A stretch of 64,000 bases of DNA from Eledone cirrhosa (taxonomy: Eukaryota): NCBI GenBank assembly GCA_964016885.1, contig OZ024743.1:285820001-285884000 (forward strand), read 5' to 3'. The notes beneath the pieces were generated by a model. The model saw only the letters and a list, made by a program, of their open reading frames with translations. It ran no database searches and was not told where the DNA came from. The translations under genes were made by a program, and so were the position numbers. Shown here in pieces: positions 51,833-64,000 of this stretch; within the stretch, counting starts at the first letter, position 1; each line of letters opens with the position of its first letter.

Positions 51833-52459
51833 ATAGTGTTTGTTTCCATACTTTTTTTCATATGGCCTTAATAATTGTATCAGCTATAGGCACCAGGCCA
51901 TCATTTTGAATTCGATTAAATCGACTCCAGTGCATTACTGGTGCTTTATTTTACCGACCCCCATAAGGATGAAATGCAAAGCTTAACCTCGGCAGGGTTT
52001 GACCTCAGAACGTTAAGGGACGTAACTCTATGTCGTAAAGCATAATGTACTATGCTTTACCGATACTGTAATCCACCACCCTTCATATGGCCTTAATGAT
52101 CAATAATATTTACACATAATACATAAAGTGAGTGAAAGTGGGGTGAAAAGAAGAAATGTGTGTCGTCTGAACTAATATCCTCTACTTTCAACTAACTTAG
52201 CCTACACCTCTTGGTCCCGGCTGACAGGATGGAGAATACAGCGCCCAGGAGGACGGGTTTCGGACCTGCGGGCGGCCAACTCCGCTCCGATAGAAATGTG
52301 TAACATTGTGGCACGGTACCAATAAACATTTGAAGTCTCCTCTACGACAGGCTCTACAACGAATTACATTTTAGTAAGAGATGAAGTAATACCACATCTG
52401 TCATTATCTTTGACAATCTAATATAAAAATACTATACCTAAACATCGGAATTATCAAGT

Positions 52460-52541
52460 GGTAGCGTGGCCGAGCGGTCTAAGGCGCTGGTTTAAGGCAC
52501 CAGTCTCTTCGGAGGCGTGGGTTCGAATCCCACCGCTGCCA
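52460..52541 (+). tRNA. tRNA-Leu(AAG)
   Basis: Matches array consensus. Confidence 0.97.
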
Positions 52542-53316
52542 TTTTTTATTTTTTACTTTTTCATACATCAAGTTGATATGATTTTTAAAAGTAATTTGTA
52601 GAATGTGTGCATGCACTTAAACGCATAATTAATCGTAAGGTCCCCACTGAATATAAAGAATATGATGAGTATTTTTGCTGTCCACTCGGTTCAGCCGCGT
52701 CGGCTTAAGCTGCAAGGTGAGACCTGCAGCATCCCAGCCATGCTTGATAATCCCGTCAAGAGTGGAAGGTGGTCGACACTATAGCGGCAACAATTGTATA
52801 AATGACATTAAAAATTGTTTAGAGGTCTTACAGAATGAAAATCTAGATTAAAAAAAGTCGAATCACGTCACTCCGCGTCTCAATGCGTTCGTGAGGTGAA
52901 TGAGTTAAAACGAAAGAAGGAGGGTGGTGAAAATTCTACGGATAAAGAAAAACAAATCAAATAGCGTTTCATGATTTGCACAAGGCCTTGCACGGGTGAG
53001 TGTGGGTATGTGTGTATGTGTGATAGCGCTTTGCTCAGTGTTTACAGCGTTAGCCCTTGGTTTCGCCCGTGAATTCTTTCAGTCAAAAAGAAAATCACTC
53101 TTTTTCTTCTCTGTTTTTCTCGCTGTTTTTCCTCCTTGGAGCCTCTTGAAATGTGTTTACCATCATTCCTTTGATATAAAACTATTATGCAATACACACC
53201 TGATAATGTCACTAGGTTCATACGTAACTTGACCACTGAAATGTCCTTAGTGTTTACGGGAATAAAAATTGGAAGGAATTCAATCTGTCCTGCCTGCAGT
53301 CAATTTACTTTATAAC

Positions 53317-53406
<90 letters not shown>

Positions 53407-53421
53407 GGGGAGAAAGAGAGT

Positions 53422-53491
<70 letters not shown>

Positions 53492-53946
53492 GAGAGAGAT
53501 AGAGAGAGAGATGGGGAAGAGTGGGGGTGAGAGAGAGATAATTACGTATATATTGGTGTGTGTGATATTTGGTCGTTACTTGTTCTCTTAAATCGAAAGA
53601 TGACCTGAAGAAAGTTATATTTTAATCTCGACTAACCTGTAACTAAACAATATACAAATAACTGTTTCTACGTTAGGCACAAGGCCACCAATTAACCAGT
53701 GCATTACTGGTACTTTATTTTATCGACCCCGTAAGGATGACAGGCAAAGTCAACTTTGGCGGGATTTGAACTCAGATCGTAAAGGGACTAACAGACATGA
53801 AATGGAGAATCCTATAACAGATACAGTTGAGTGATATGTAATGAAACATTGTTAAAAGATGAAGTAATACCTCCATTGTAATACCTCCATTGTAATTCTC
53901 TGTTACTAATATACAAATATGATAACTGAGAATTAATGTCAACGCT

Positions 53947-54028
53947 GGTAGTGTGGCCGAGTGGTCTAAGGCGCTGGTTTTAGGCACCAGTCTCTTTGGA
54001 GGCGTGGGTTCGAATCCCATCACTGCCA
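53947..54028 (+). tRNA. tRNA-Leu(TAG)
   Basis: Matches array consensus. Confidence 0.95.
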
Positions 54029-54667
54029 ATAGTGTTTGTTACCTTACTTTTTTCATATGGCCTTAATAATTGTATCAGCTATAGGCACCAGGCCATCAGT
54101 TTGAAGGGTGAGGTTGAAAGTCGATTAAATCGACTCCAGTGCATTACTGGTGCTTTATTTTATCGACCCCATAAGGATGAAATGCACAGATTAACCTCGA
54201 CAGGGTTTGACCTCAGAACGTTAAGGGACGTAACTCTATGTAGTAAAACATAATGTCCTATGCTTTACCGATACTGTAATCCACCACCCTTCATATGGCC
54301 TTAATGATCAATAACATTTACACATAATACATAAAGGGAGTGAAAGTGGGGTTAAAAGAAGAAATGTGTGTCGTCTGAACTAATATCCTCTACTTTCAAC
54401 TAACATAGCCTACACCTCTTGGTCCCGGCTGACAGGATGGAGAATACAGCGCCCAGGAGGACGGGTTTCGGACCTGCGGGCGGCCAACTCCGCTCCGATA
54501 GAAATGTGTAACATTGTGGCACGGTACCAATAAACATTTGAAGTCTCCTCTACGACAGGCTCTACAACGAATTACATTTTAGTAAGAGATGAAGTAATAC
54601 CACATCTGTCATTATCTTTGACAATCTAATATGAAAATACTATACCTAAACATCGGAATTATCAAGT

Positions 54668-54749
54668 GGTAGCGTGGCCGAGCGGTCTAAGGCGCTGGTT
54701 TAAGGCACCAGTCTCTTCGGAGGCGTGGGTTCGAATCCCACCGCTGCCA
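54668..54749 (+). tRNA. tRNA-Leu(AAG)
   Basis: Matches array consensus. Confidence 0.97.
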
Positions 54750-55535
54750 TTTTTTATTTTTTACTTTTTCATACATCAAGTTGATATGATTTTTAAAAGT
54801 AATTTATAGAATGTGTGCATGCACTTACACGCATAATTAATCGTAAGGTCCCCACTGTATATAAAGAATATGATGAGTATTTTTGCTGTCCACTCGGTTC
54901 AGCCGCGTCGGCTTAAGCTGCAAGGTGAGACCTGCAGCATCCCAGCCATGCTTGATAATCCCGTCAAGAGTAGCATGGCGTGGAAGGTGGTCGACACTAT
55001 AGCGGCAACAATTGTATAAATGACATTAAAAATTGTTTAGAGGTCTTACAGAATGAAAATCTAGATAAAAAAAGTCGAATCATGTCACTCCGCGTCTCAA
55101 TGCGTTCGTGAGGTGAATGAGTTAAAACGAAGGAAGGAGGGTGGTGAAAATTCTACGGATAAACAAAAAAAAATCAAATAGAGTTTCATGATTTGCACAA
55201 AGCCTTGCACGGGTGGGTGTGGGTATGTGTGTATGTGTGATAGCGCTTTGCTCAGTGTTTACAGCGTTAGCCCTTGGTTTCGCCCGTGAATTCTTTCAGT
55301 CAAAAAGAAAATCACTCTTTTCTTCTCTGTTTTTCTCGCTGTTTTTCCTCCTTGGAGCCTCTTGAAATGTGTTTACCATCATTCCTTTGATATATAACTA
55401 TTATGCAATACACACCTGATAATGTCACTAGGTTCATACGTAACTTGACCACTGAAATGTGCTTAGTGTTTACGGGAATAAAAATTGGAAGGAATTCAAT
55501 CTGTCCTGCCTGCAGTCAATTTACTTTATAACATA

Positions 55536-55604
<69 letters not shown>

Positions 55605-55612
55605 GGGGAGAA

Positions 55613-55714
<102 letters not shown>

Positions 55715-56146
55715 GGAAGAGTGGGGGTGAGAGAGAGATAATTACGTATATATTTGTGTGTGTGATATTTGGTCGTTACTTGTTCTCTTAAATCGAAAGA
55801 TGGCCTGAAGAAAGTTATATTTTAATCTCGACTAACCTGTAACTAAACAATATACAAATAACTGCTTCTACGTTAGGCACAAGGCCAGCAATTAACCAGT
55901 GCATTACTGGTACTTTATTTTATCGACCCCGTAAGGATGACAGGCAAAGTCAACTTTGGCGGGATTTGAACTCAGATCGTAAAGGGACTAACAGACATGA
56001 AATGGAGAATCCTATAACAGATACAGTTGAGTGATATGTAATGAAACATTGTTAAAAGATGAAATAATACCTCCATTGTAATACCTCCACTGTAATTCTC
56101 TGTTACTAATATACAAATATGATAACTGAGAATTAATGTCGACGCT

Positions 56147-56228
56147 GGTAGTGTGGCCGAGTGGTCTAAGGCGCTGGTTTTAGGCACCAGTCTCTTTGGA
56201 GGCGTGGGTTCGAATCCCATCACTGCCA
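56147..56228 (+). tRNA. tRNA-Leu(TAG)
   Basis: Matches array consensus. Confidence 0.95.
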
Positions 56229-56855
56229 ATAGTGTTTGTTTCCATACTTTTTTTCATATGGCCTTAATAATTGTATCAGCTATAGGCACCAGGCCATCAT
56301 TTTGAATTCGATTAAATCGACTCCAGTGCATTACTGGTGCTTTATTTTACCGACCCCCATAAGGATGAAATGCAAAGCTTAACCTCGGCAGGGTTTGACC
56401 TCAGAACGTTAAGGGACGTAACTCTATGTCGTAAAGCATAATGTACTATGCTTTACCGATACTGTAATCCACCACCCTTCATATGGCCTTAATGATCAAT
56501 AATATTTACACATAATACATAAAGTGAGTGAAAGTGGGGTGAAAAGAAGAAATGTGTGTCGTCTGAACTAATAGCCTCTACTTTCAACTAACTTAGCCTA
56601 CACCTCTTGGTCCCGGCTGACAGGATGGAGAATACAGCGCCCAGGAGGACGGGTTTCGGACCTGCGGGCGGCCAACTCCGCTCCGATAGAAATGTGTAAC
56701 ATTGTGGCACGGTACCAATAAACATTTGAAGTCTCCTCTACGACAGGCTCTACAACGAATTACATTTTAGTAAGAGATGAAGTTATACCACATCTGTCAT
56801 TATCTTTGACAATCTAATATGAAAATACTATACCTAAACGTCGGAATTATCAAGT

Positions 56856-56937
56856 GGTAGCGTGGCCGAGCGGTCTAAGGCGCTGGTTTAAGGCACCAGT
56901 CTCTTCGGAGGCGTGGGTTCGAATCCCACCGCTGCCA
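56856..56937 (+). tRNA. tRNA-Leu(AAG)
   Basis: Matches array consensus. Confidence 0.97.
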
Positions 56938-57722
56938 TTTTTTATTTTTTACTTTTTCATACATCAAGTTAATATGATTTTTAAAAGTAATTTGTAGAAT
57001 GTGTGCATGCACTTACACGCATAATTAATCGTAAGGTCCCCACTGAATATAAAGAATATGATGAGTATTTTTGCTGTCCACTCGGTTCAGCCGCGTCGGC
57101 TTAAGCTGCAAGGTGAGACCTGCAGCATCCCAGCCATGCTTGATAATCCCGTCAAGAGTAGCATGGCGTGGAAGGTGGTCGACACTATAGCGGCAACAAT
57201 TGTATAAATGACATTAAAAATTGTTTAGAGGTCTTACAGAATGAAAATCTAGATTAAAAGAAGTCGAATCATGTCACTCCGCGTCTCAATGCGTTCGTGA
57301 GGTGAATGAGTTAAAACGAAGGAAGGAGGGTGGTGAAAATTCTACGGATAAACAAAAAAAAATCAAATAGCGTTTCATGATTTGCACAAAGCCTTGCACG
57401 GGTGAGTGTGGGTATGTGTGTATGTGTGATAGCGCTTTGCTCAGTGTTTACAGCGTTAGCCCTTGGTTTCGCCCGTGAATTTTTTCAGTCAAAAAGAAAA
57501 TCACCCTTTTTCTTCTGTTTTTCTCGCTGTTTTTCCTCCTTGGAGCCTCTTGAAATGTGTTTACCATCATTCCTTTGATATATAACTATTATGCAATACA
57601 CACCTGATAATGTCACTAGGTTCATACGTAACTTGACCACTGAAATGTGCTTAGTGTTTACGGGAATAAAAATTGGAAGGAATTCAATCTGTCCTGCCTG
57701 CAGTCAATTTACTTTATAACAT

Positions 57723-57763
<41 letters not shown>

Positions 57764-57796
57764 GGGGGGAGAGATAGATAGGGAGAGATAGAGAAA

Positions 57797-57852
<56 letters not shown>

Positions 57853-58288
57853 TGGTGAAGAGTGGGGGATGAGAGAGAGATAATTACGTATATATTTGTG
57901 TGTGTGATATTTGGTCGTTACTTGTTCTCTTAAATCGAAAGATGACCTGAAGAAAGTTATATTTTAATCTCGACTAACCTGTAACTAAACAATATACAAA
58001 TAACTGTTTCTACGTTAGGCACAAGGCCACCAATTAACCAGTGCATTACTGGTACTTTATTTTATCGACCCCGTAAGGATGACAGGCAAAGTCAACTTTG
58101 GCGGGATTTGAACTCAGATCGTAAAGGGACTAACAGACATGAAATGGAGAATCCTATAACATATACAGTTGAGTGATATGTAATGAAACATTGTTAAAAG
58201 ATGAAGTAATACCTCCATTGTAATACCTCCACTGTAATTCTCTGTTACTAATATACAAATATGATAACTGAGAATTAATGTCAACGCT

Positions 58289-58370
58289 GGTAGTGTGGCC
58301 TAGTGGTCTAAGGCGCTGGTTTTAGGCACCAGTCTCTTTGGAGGCGTGGGTTCGAATCCCATCACTGCCA
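58289..58370 (+). tRNA. tRNA-Leu(TAG), GGCCTAG variant
   Basis: Single G>T at position 13. Confidence 0.9.
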
Positions 58371-59009
58371 ATAGTGTTTGTTACCTTACTTTTTTCATAT
58401 GGCCTTAATAATTGTATCAGCTATAGGCACCAGGCCATCAGTTTGAAGGGTGAGGTTGAAAGTCGATTAAATCGACTCCAGTGCATTACTGGTGCTTTAT
58501 TTTATCGACCCCATAAGGATGAAATGCACAGATTAACCTCGACAGGGTTTGACCTCAGAACGTTAAGGGACGTAACTCTATGTAGTAAAACATAATGTCC
58601 TATGCTTTACCGATACTGTAATCCACCACCCTTCATATGGCCTTAATGATCAATAACATTTACACATAATACATAAAGGGAGTGAAAGTGGGGTTAAAAG
58701 AAGAAATGTGTGTCGTCTGAACTAATATCCTCTACTTTCAACTAACATAGCCTACACCTCTTGGTCCCGGCTGACAGGATGGAGAATACAGCGCCCAGGA
58801 GGACGGGTTTCGGACCTGCGGGCGGCCAACTCCGCTCCGATAGAAATGTGTAACATTGTGGCACGGTACCAATAAACATTTGAAGTCTCCTCTACGACAG
58901 GCTCTACAACGAATTACATTTTAGTAAGAGATGAAGTAATACCACATCTGTCATTATCTTTGACAATCTAATATGAAAATACTATACCTAAACATCGGAA
59001 TTATCAAGT

Positions 59010-59091
59010 GGTAGCGTGGCCGAGCGGTCTAAGGCGCTGGTTTAAGGCACCAGTCTCTTCGGAGGCGTGGGTTCGAATCCCACCGCTGCCA
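59010..59091 (+). tRNA. tRNA-Leu(AAG)
   Basis: Matches array consensus. Confidence 0.97.
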
Positions 59092-59877
59092 TTTTTTATT
59101 TTTTACTTTTTCATACATCAAGTTGATATGATTTTTAAAAGTAATTTATAGAATGTGTGCATGCACTTACACGCATAATTAATCGTAAGGTCCCCACTGT
59201 ATATAAAGAATATGATGAGTATTTTTGCTGTCCACTCGGTTCAGCCGCGTCGGCTTAAGCTGCAAGGTGAGACCTGCAGCATCCCAGCCATGCTTGATAA
59301 TCCCGTCAAGAGTAGCATGGCGTGGAAGGTGGTCGACACTATAGCGGCAACAATTGTATAAATGACATTAAAAATTGTTTAGAGGTCTTACAGAATGAAA
59401 ATCTAGATAAAAAAAGTCGAATCATGTCACTCCGCGTCTCAATGCGTTCGTGAGGTGAATGAGTTAAAACGAAGGAAGGAGGGTGGTGAAAATTCTACGG
59501 ATAAACAAAAAAAAATCAAATAGAGTTTCATGATTTGCACAAAGCCTTGCACGGGTGGGTGTGGGTATGTGTGTATGTGTGATAGCGCTTTGCTCAGTGT
59601 TTACAGCGTTAGCCCTTGGTTTCGCCCGTGAATTCTTTCAGTCAAAAAGAAAATCACTCTTTTCTTCTCTGTTTTTCTCGCTGTTTTTCCTCCTTGGAGC
59701 CTCTTGAAATGTGTTTACCATCATTCCTTTGATATATAACTATTATGCAATACACACCTGATAATGTCACTAGGTTCATACGTAACTTGACCACTGAAAT
59801 GTGCTTAGTGTTTACGGGAATAAAAATTGGAAGGAATTCAATCTGTCCTGCCTGCAGTCAATTTACTTTATAACATA

Positions 59878-59915
<38 letters not shown>

Positions 59916-59948
59916 GGGGGGAGAGATAGATAGGGAGAGATAGAGAAA

Positions 59949-59991
<43 letters not shown>

Positions 59992-60444
59992 GGAGAGAGA
60001 GAGAGAGATGGTGAAGAGTGGGGGATGAGAGAGAGATAATTACGTATATATTTGTGTGTGTGATATTTGGTCGTTACTTGTTCTCTTAAATCGAAAGATG
60101 ACCTGAAGAAAGTTATATTTTAATCTCGACTAACCTGTAACTAAACAATATACAAATAACTGTTTCTACGTTAGGCACAAGGCCACCAATTAACCAGTGC
60201 ATTACTGGTACTTTATTTTATCGACCCCGTAAGGATGACAGGCAAAGTCAACTTTGGCGGGATTTGAACTCAGATCGTAAAGGGACTAACAGACATGAAA
60301 TGGAGAATCCTATAACATATACAGTTGAGTGATATGTAATGAAACATTGTTAAAAGATGAAGTAATACCTCCATTGTAATACCTCCATTGTAATTCTCTG
60401 TTACTAATATACAAATATGATAACTGAGAATTAATGTCAACGCT

Positions 60445-60526
60445 GGTAGTGTGGCCGAGTGGTCTAAGGCGCTGGTTTTAGGCACCAGTCTCTTTGGAGG
60501 CGTGGGTTCGAATCCCATCACTGCCA
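60445..60526 (+). tRNA. tRNA-Leu(TAG)
   Basis: Matches array consensus. Confidence 0.95.
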
Positions 60527-61165
60527 ATAGTGTTTGTTACCTTACTTTTTTCATATGGCCTTAATAATTGTATCAGCTATAGGCACCAGGCCATCAGTTT
60601 GAAGGGTGAGGTTGAAAGTCGATTAAATCGACTCCAGTGCATTACTGGTGCTTTATTTTATCGACCCCATAAGGATGAAATGCACAGATTAACCTCGACA
60701 GGGTTTGACCTCAGAACGTTAAGGGACGTAACTCTATGTAGTAAAACATAATGTCCTATGCTTTACCGATACTGTAATCCACCACCCTTCATATGGCCTT
60801 AATGATCAATAACATTTACACATAATACATAAAGGGAGTGAAAGTGGGGTTAAAAGAAGAAATGTGTGTCGTCTGAACTAATATCCTCTACTTTCAACTA
60901 ACATAGCCTACACCTCTTGGTCCCGGCTGACAGGATGGAGAATACAGCGCCCAGGAGGACGGGTTTCGGACCTGCGGGCGGCCAACTCCGCTCCGATAGA
61001 AATGTGTAACATTGTGGCACGGTACCAATAAACATTTGAAGTCTCCTCTACGACAGGCTCTACAACGAATTACATTTTAGTAAGAGATGAAGTAATACCA
61101 CATCTGTCATTATCTTTGACAATCTAATATGAAAATACTATACCTAAACATCGGAATTATCAAGT

Positions 61166-61247
61166 GGTAACGTGGCCGAGCGGTCTAAGGCGCTGGTTTA
61201 AGGCACCAGTCTCTTCGGAGGCGTGGGTTCGAATCCCACCGCTGCCA
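61166..61247 (+). tRNA. tRNA-Leu(AAG), acceptor-stem variant
   Basis: Starts GGTAACG (G5>A). Confidence 0.85.
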
Positions 61248-62033
61248 TTTTTTATTTTTTACTTTTTCATACATCAAGTTGATATGATTTTTAAAAGTAA
61301 TTTATAGAATGTGTGCATGCACTTACACGCATAATTAATCGTAAGGTCCCCACTGTATATAAAGAATATGATGAGTATTTTTGCTGTCCACTCGGTTCAG
61401 CCGCGTCGGCTTAAGCTGCAAGGTGAGACCTGCAGCATCCCAGCCATGCTTGATAATCCCGTCAAGAGTAGCATGGCGTGGAAGGTGGTCGACACTATAG
61501 CGGCAACAATTGTATAAATGACATTAAAAATTGTTTAGAGGTCTTACAGAATGAAAATCTAGATAAAAAAAGTCGAATCATGTCACTCCGCGTCTCAATG
61601 CGTTCGTGAGGTGAATGAGTTAAAACGAAGGAAGGAGGGTGGTGAAAATTCTACGGATAAACAAAAAAAAATCAAATAGAGTTTCATGATTTGCACAAAG
61701 CCTTGCACGGGTGGGTGTGGGTATGTGTGTATGTGTGATAGCGCTTTGCTCAGTGTTTACAGCGTTAGCCCTTGGTTTCGCCCGTGAATTCTTTCAGTCA
61801 AAAAGAAAATCACTCTTTTCTTCTCTGTTTTTCTCGCTGTTTTTCCTCCTTGGAGCCTCTTGAAATGTGTTTACCATCATTCCTTTGATATATAACTATT
61901 ATGCAATACACACCTGATAATGTCACTAGGTTCATACGTAACTTGACCACTGAAATGTGCTTAGTGTTTACGGGAATAAAAATTGGAAGGAATTCAATCT
62001 GTCCTGCCTGCAGTCAATTTACTTTATAACATA

Positions 62034-62094
<61 letters not shown>

Positions 62095-62102
62095 GGGGAG
62101 AA

Positions 62103-62190
<88 letters not shown>

Positions 62191-62622
62191 GGAAGAGTGG
62201 GGGTGAGAGAGAGATAATTACGTATATATTTGTGTGTGTGATATTTGGTCGTTACTTGTTCTCTTAAATCGAAAGATGACCTGAAGAAAGTTATATTTTA
62301 ATCTCGACTAACCTGTAACTAAACAATATACAAATAACTGTTTCTACGTTAGGCACAAGGCCAGCAATTAACCAGTGCATTACTGGTACTTTATTTTATC
62401 GACCCCGTAAGGATGACAGGCAAAGTCAACTTTGGCGGGATTTGAACTCAGATCGTAAAGGGACTAACAGACATGAAATGGAGAATCCTATAACATATAC
62501 AGTTGAGTGATATGTAATGAAACATTGTTAAAAGATGAAATAATACCTCCATTGTAATACCTCCACTGTAATTCTCTGTTACTAATATACAAATATGATA
62601 ACTGAGAATTAATGTCGACGCT

Positions 62623-62704
62623 GGTAGTGTGGCCGAGTGGTCTAAGGCGCTGGTTTTAGGCACCAGTCTCTTTGGAGGCGTGGGTTCGAATCCCATCACT
62701 GCCA
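62623..62704 (+). tRNA. tRNA-Leu(TAG)
   Basis: Matches array consensus. Confidence 0.95.
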
Positions 62705-63331
62705 ATAGTGTTTGTTTCCATACTTTTTTTCATATGGCCTTAATAATTGTATCAGCTATAGGCACCAGGCCATCATTTTGAATTCGATTAAATCGACTCC
62801 AGTGCATTACTGGTGCTTTATTTTACCGACCCCCATAAGGATGAAATGCAAAGCTTAACCTCGGCAGGGTTTGACCTCAGAACGTTAAGGGACGTAACTC
62901 TATGTCGTAAAGCATAATGTACTATGCTTTACCGATACTGTAATCCACCACCCTTCATATGGCCTTAATGATCAATAATATTTACACATAATACATAAAG
63001 TGAGTGAAAGTGGGGTGAAAAGAAGAAATGTGTGTCGTCTGAACTAATAGCCTCTACTTTCAACTAACTTAGCCTACACCTCTTGGTCCCGGCTGACAGG
63101 ATGGAGAATACAGCGCCCAGGAGGACGGGTTTCGGACCTGCGGGCGGCCAACTCCGCTCCGATAGAAATGTGTAACATTGTGGCACGGTACCAATAAACA
63201 TTTGAAGTCTCCTCTACGACAGGCTCTACAACGAATTACATTTTAGTAAGAGATGAAGTTATACCACATCTGTCATTATCTTTGACAATCTAATATGAAA
63301 ATACTATACCTAAACGTCGGAATTATCAAGT

Positions 63332-63413
63332 GGTAGCGTGGCCGAGCGGTCTAAGGCGCTGGTTTAAGGCACCAGTCTCTTCGGAGGCGTGGGTTCGAAT
63401 CCCACCGCTGCTA
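63332..63413 (+). tRNA. tRNA-Leu(AAG), 3' GCTA variant
   Basis: C72>T gives a G1-U72 pair. Confidence 0.88.
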
Positions 63414-64000
63414 TTTTTTATTTTTTACTTTTTCATACATCAAGTTAATATGATTTTTAAAAGTAAGTTGTAGAATGTGTGCATGCACTTACACGCATAA
63501 TTAATCGTAAGGTCCCCACTGAATATAAAGAATATGATGAGTATTTTTGCTGTCCACTCGGTTCAGCCGCGTCGGCTTAAGCTGCAAGGTGAGACCTGCA
63601 GCATCCCAGCCATGCTTGATAATCCCGTCAAGAGTAGCATGGCGTGGAAGGTGGTCGACACTATAGCGGCAACAATTGTATAAATGACATTAAAAATTGT
63701 TTAGAGGTCTTACAGAATGAAAATCTAGATTAAAAGAAGTCGAATCATGTCACTCCGCGTCTCAATGCGTTCGTGAGGTGAATGAGTTAAAACGAAGGAA
63801 GGAGGGTGGTGAAAATTCTACGGATAAACAAAAAAAAATCAAATAGCGTTTCATGATTTGCACAAAGCCTTGCACGGGTGAGTGTGGGTATGTGTGTATG
63901 TGTGATAGCGCTTTGCTCAGTGTTTACAGCGTTAGCCCTTGGTTTCGCCCGTGAATTCTTTCAGTCAAAAAGAAAATCACCCTTTTTCTTCTGTTTTTCT

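Overview
AT-rich, microsatellite-rich animal genomic DNA. The SINE family recalls octopus repeats, but that is recollection, not a search result. I can support no cellular protein-coding gene. Left part (1-20.8 kb): about 10 decayed minus-strand tRNA-Leu copies in duplicated spacer blocks, interrupted by RTE/CR1 fragments, a non-autonomous Helitron, two hAT MITEs, a likely solo LTR, R4/Dong-like fragments and short RTE-derived elements nested in (TATG)n. Middle (20.9-30.8 kb): two related L1/Tx1-type retrotransposons lying head-to-tail in a (GATA)n tract, followed by a 200-N gap. Right part (31-64 kb): a homogeneous tandem array of 15 units of about 2.2 kb, each with tRNA-Leu(TAG) and tRNA-Leu(AAG), 31 genes in all. 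Best lead: in both Tx1-like elements the whole of ORF2 lies between a splice-donor consensus overlapping the ORF1 stop and a splice-acceptor consensus formed by the ORF2 stop.
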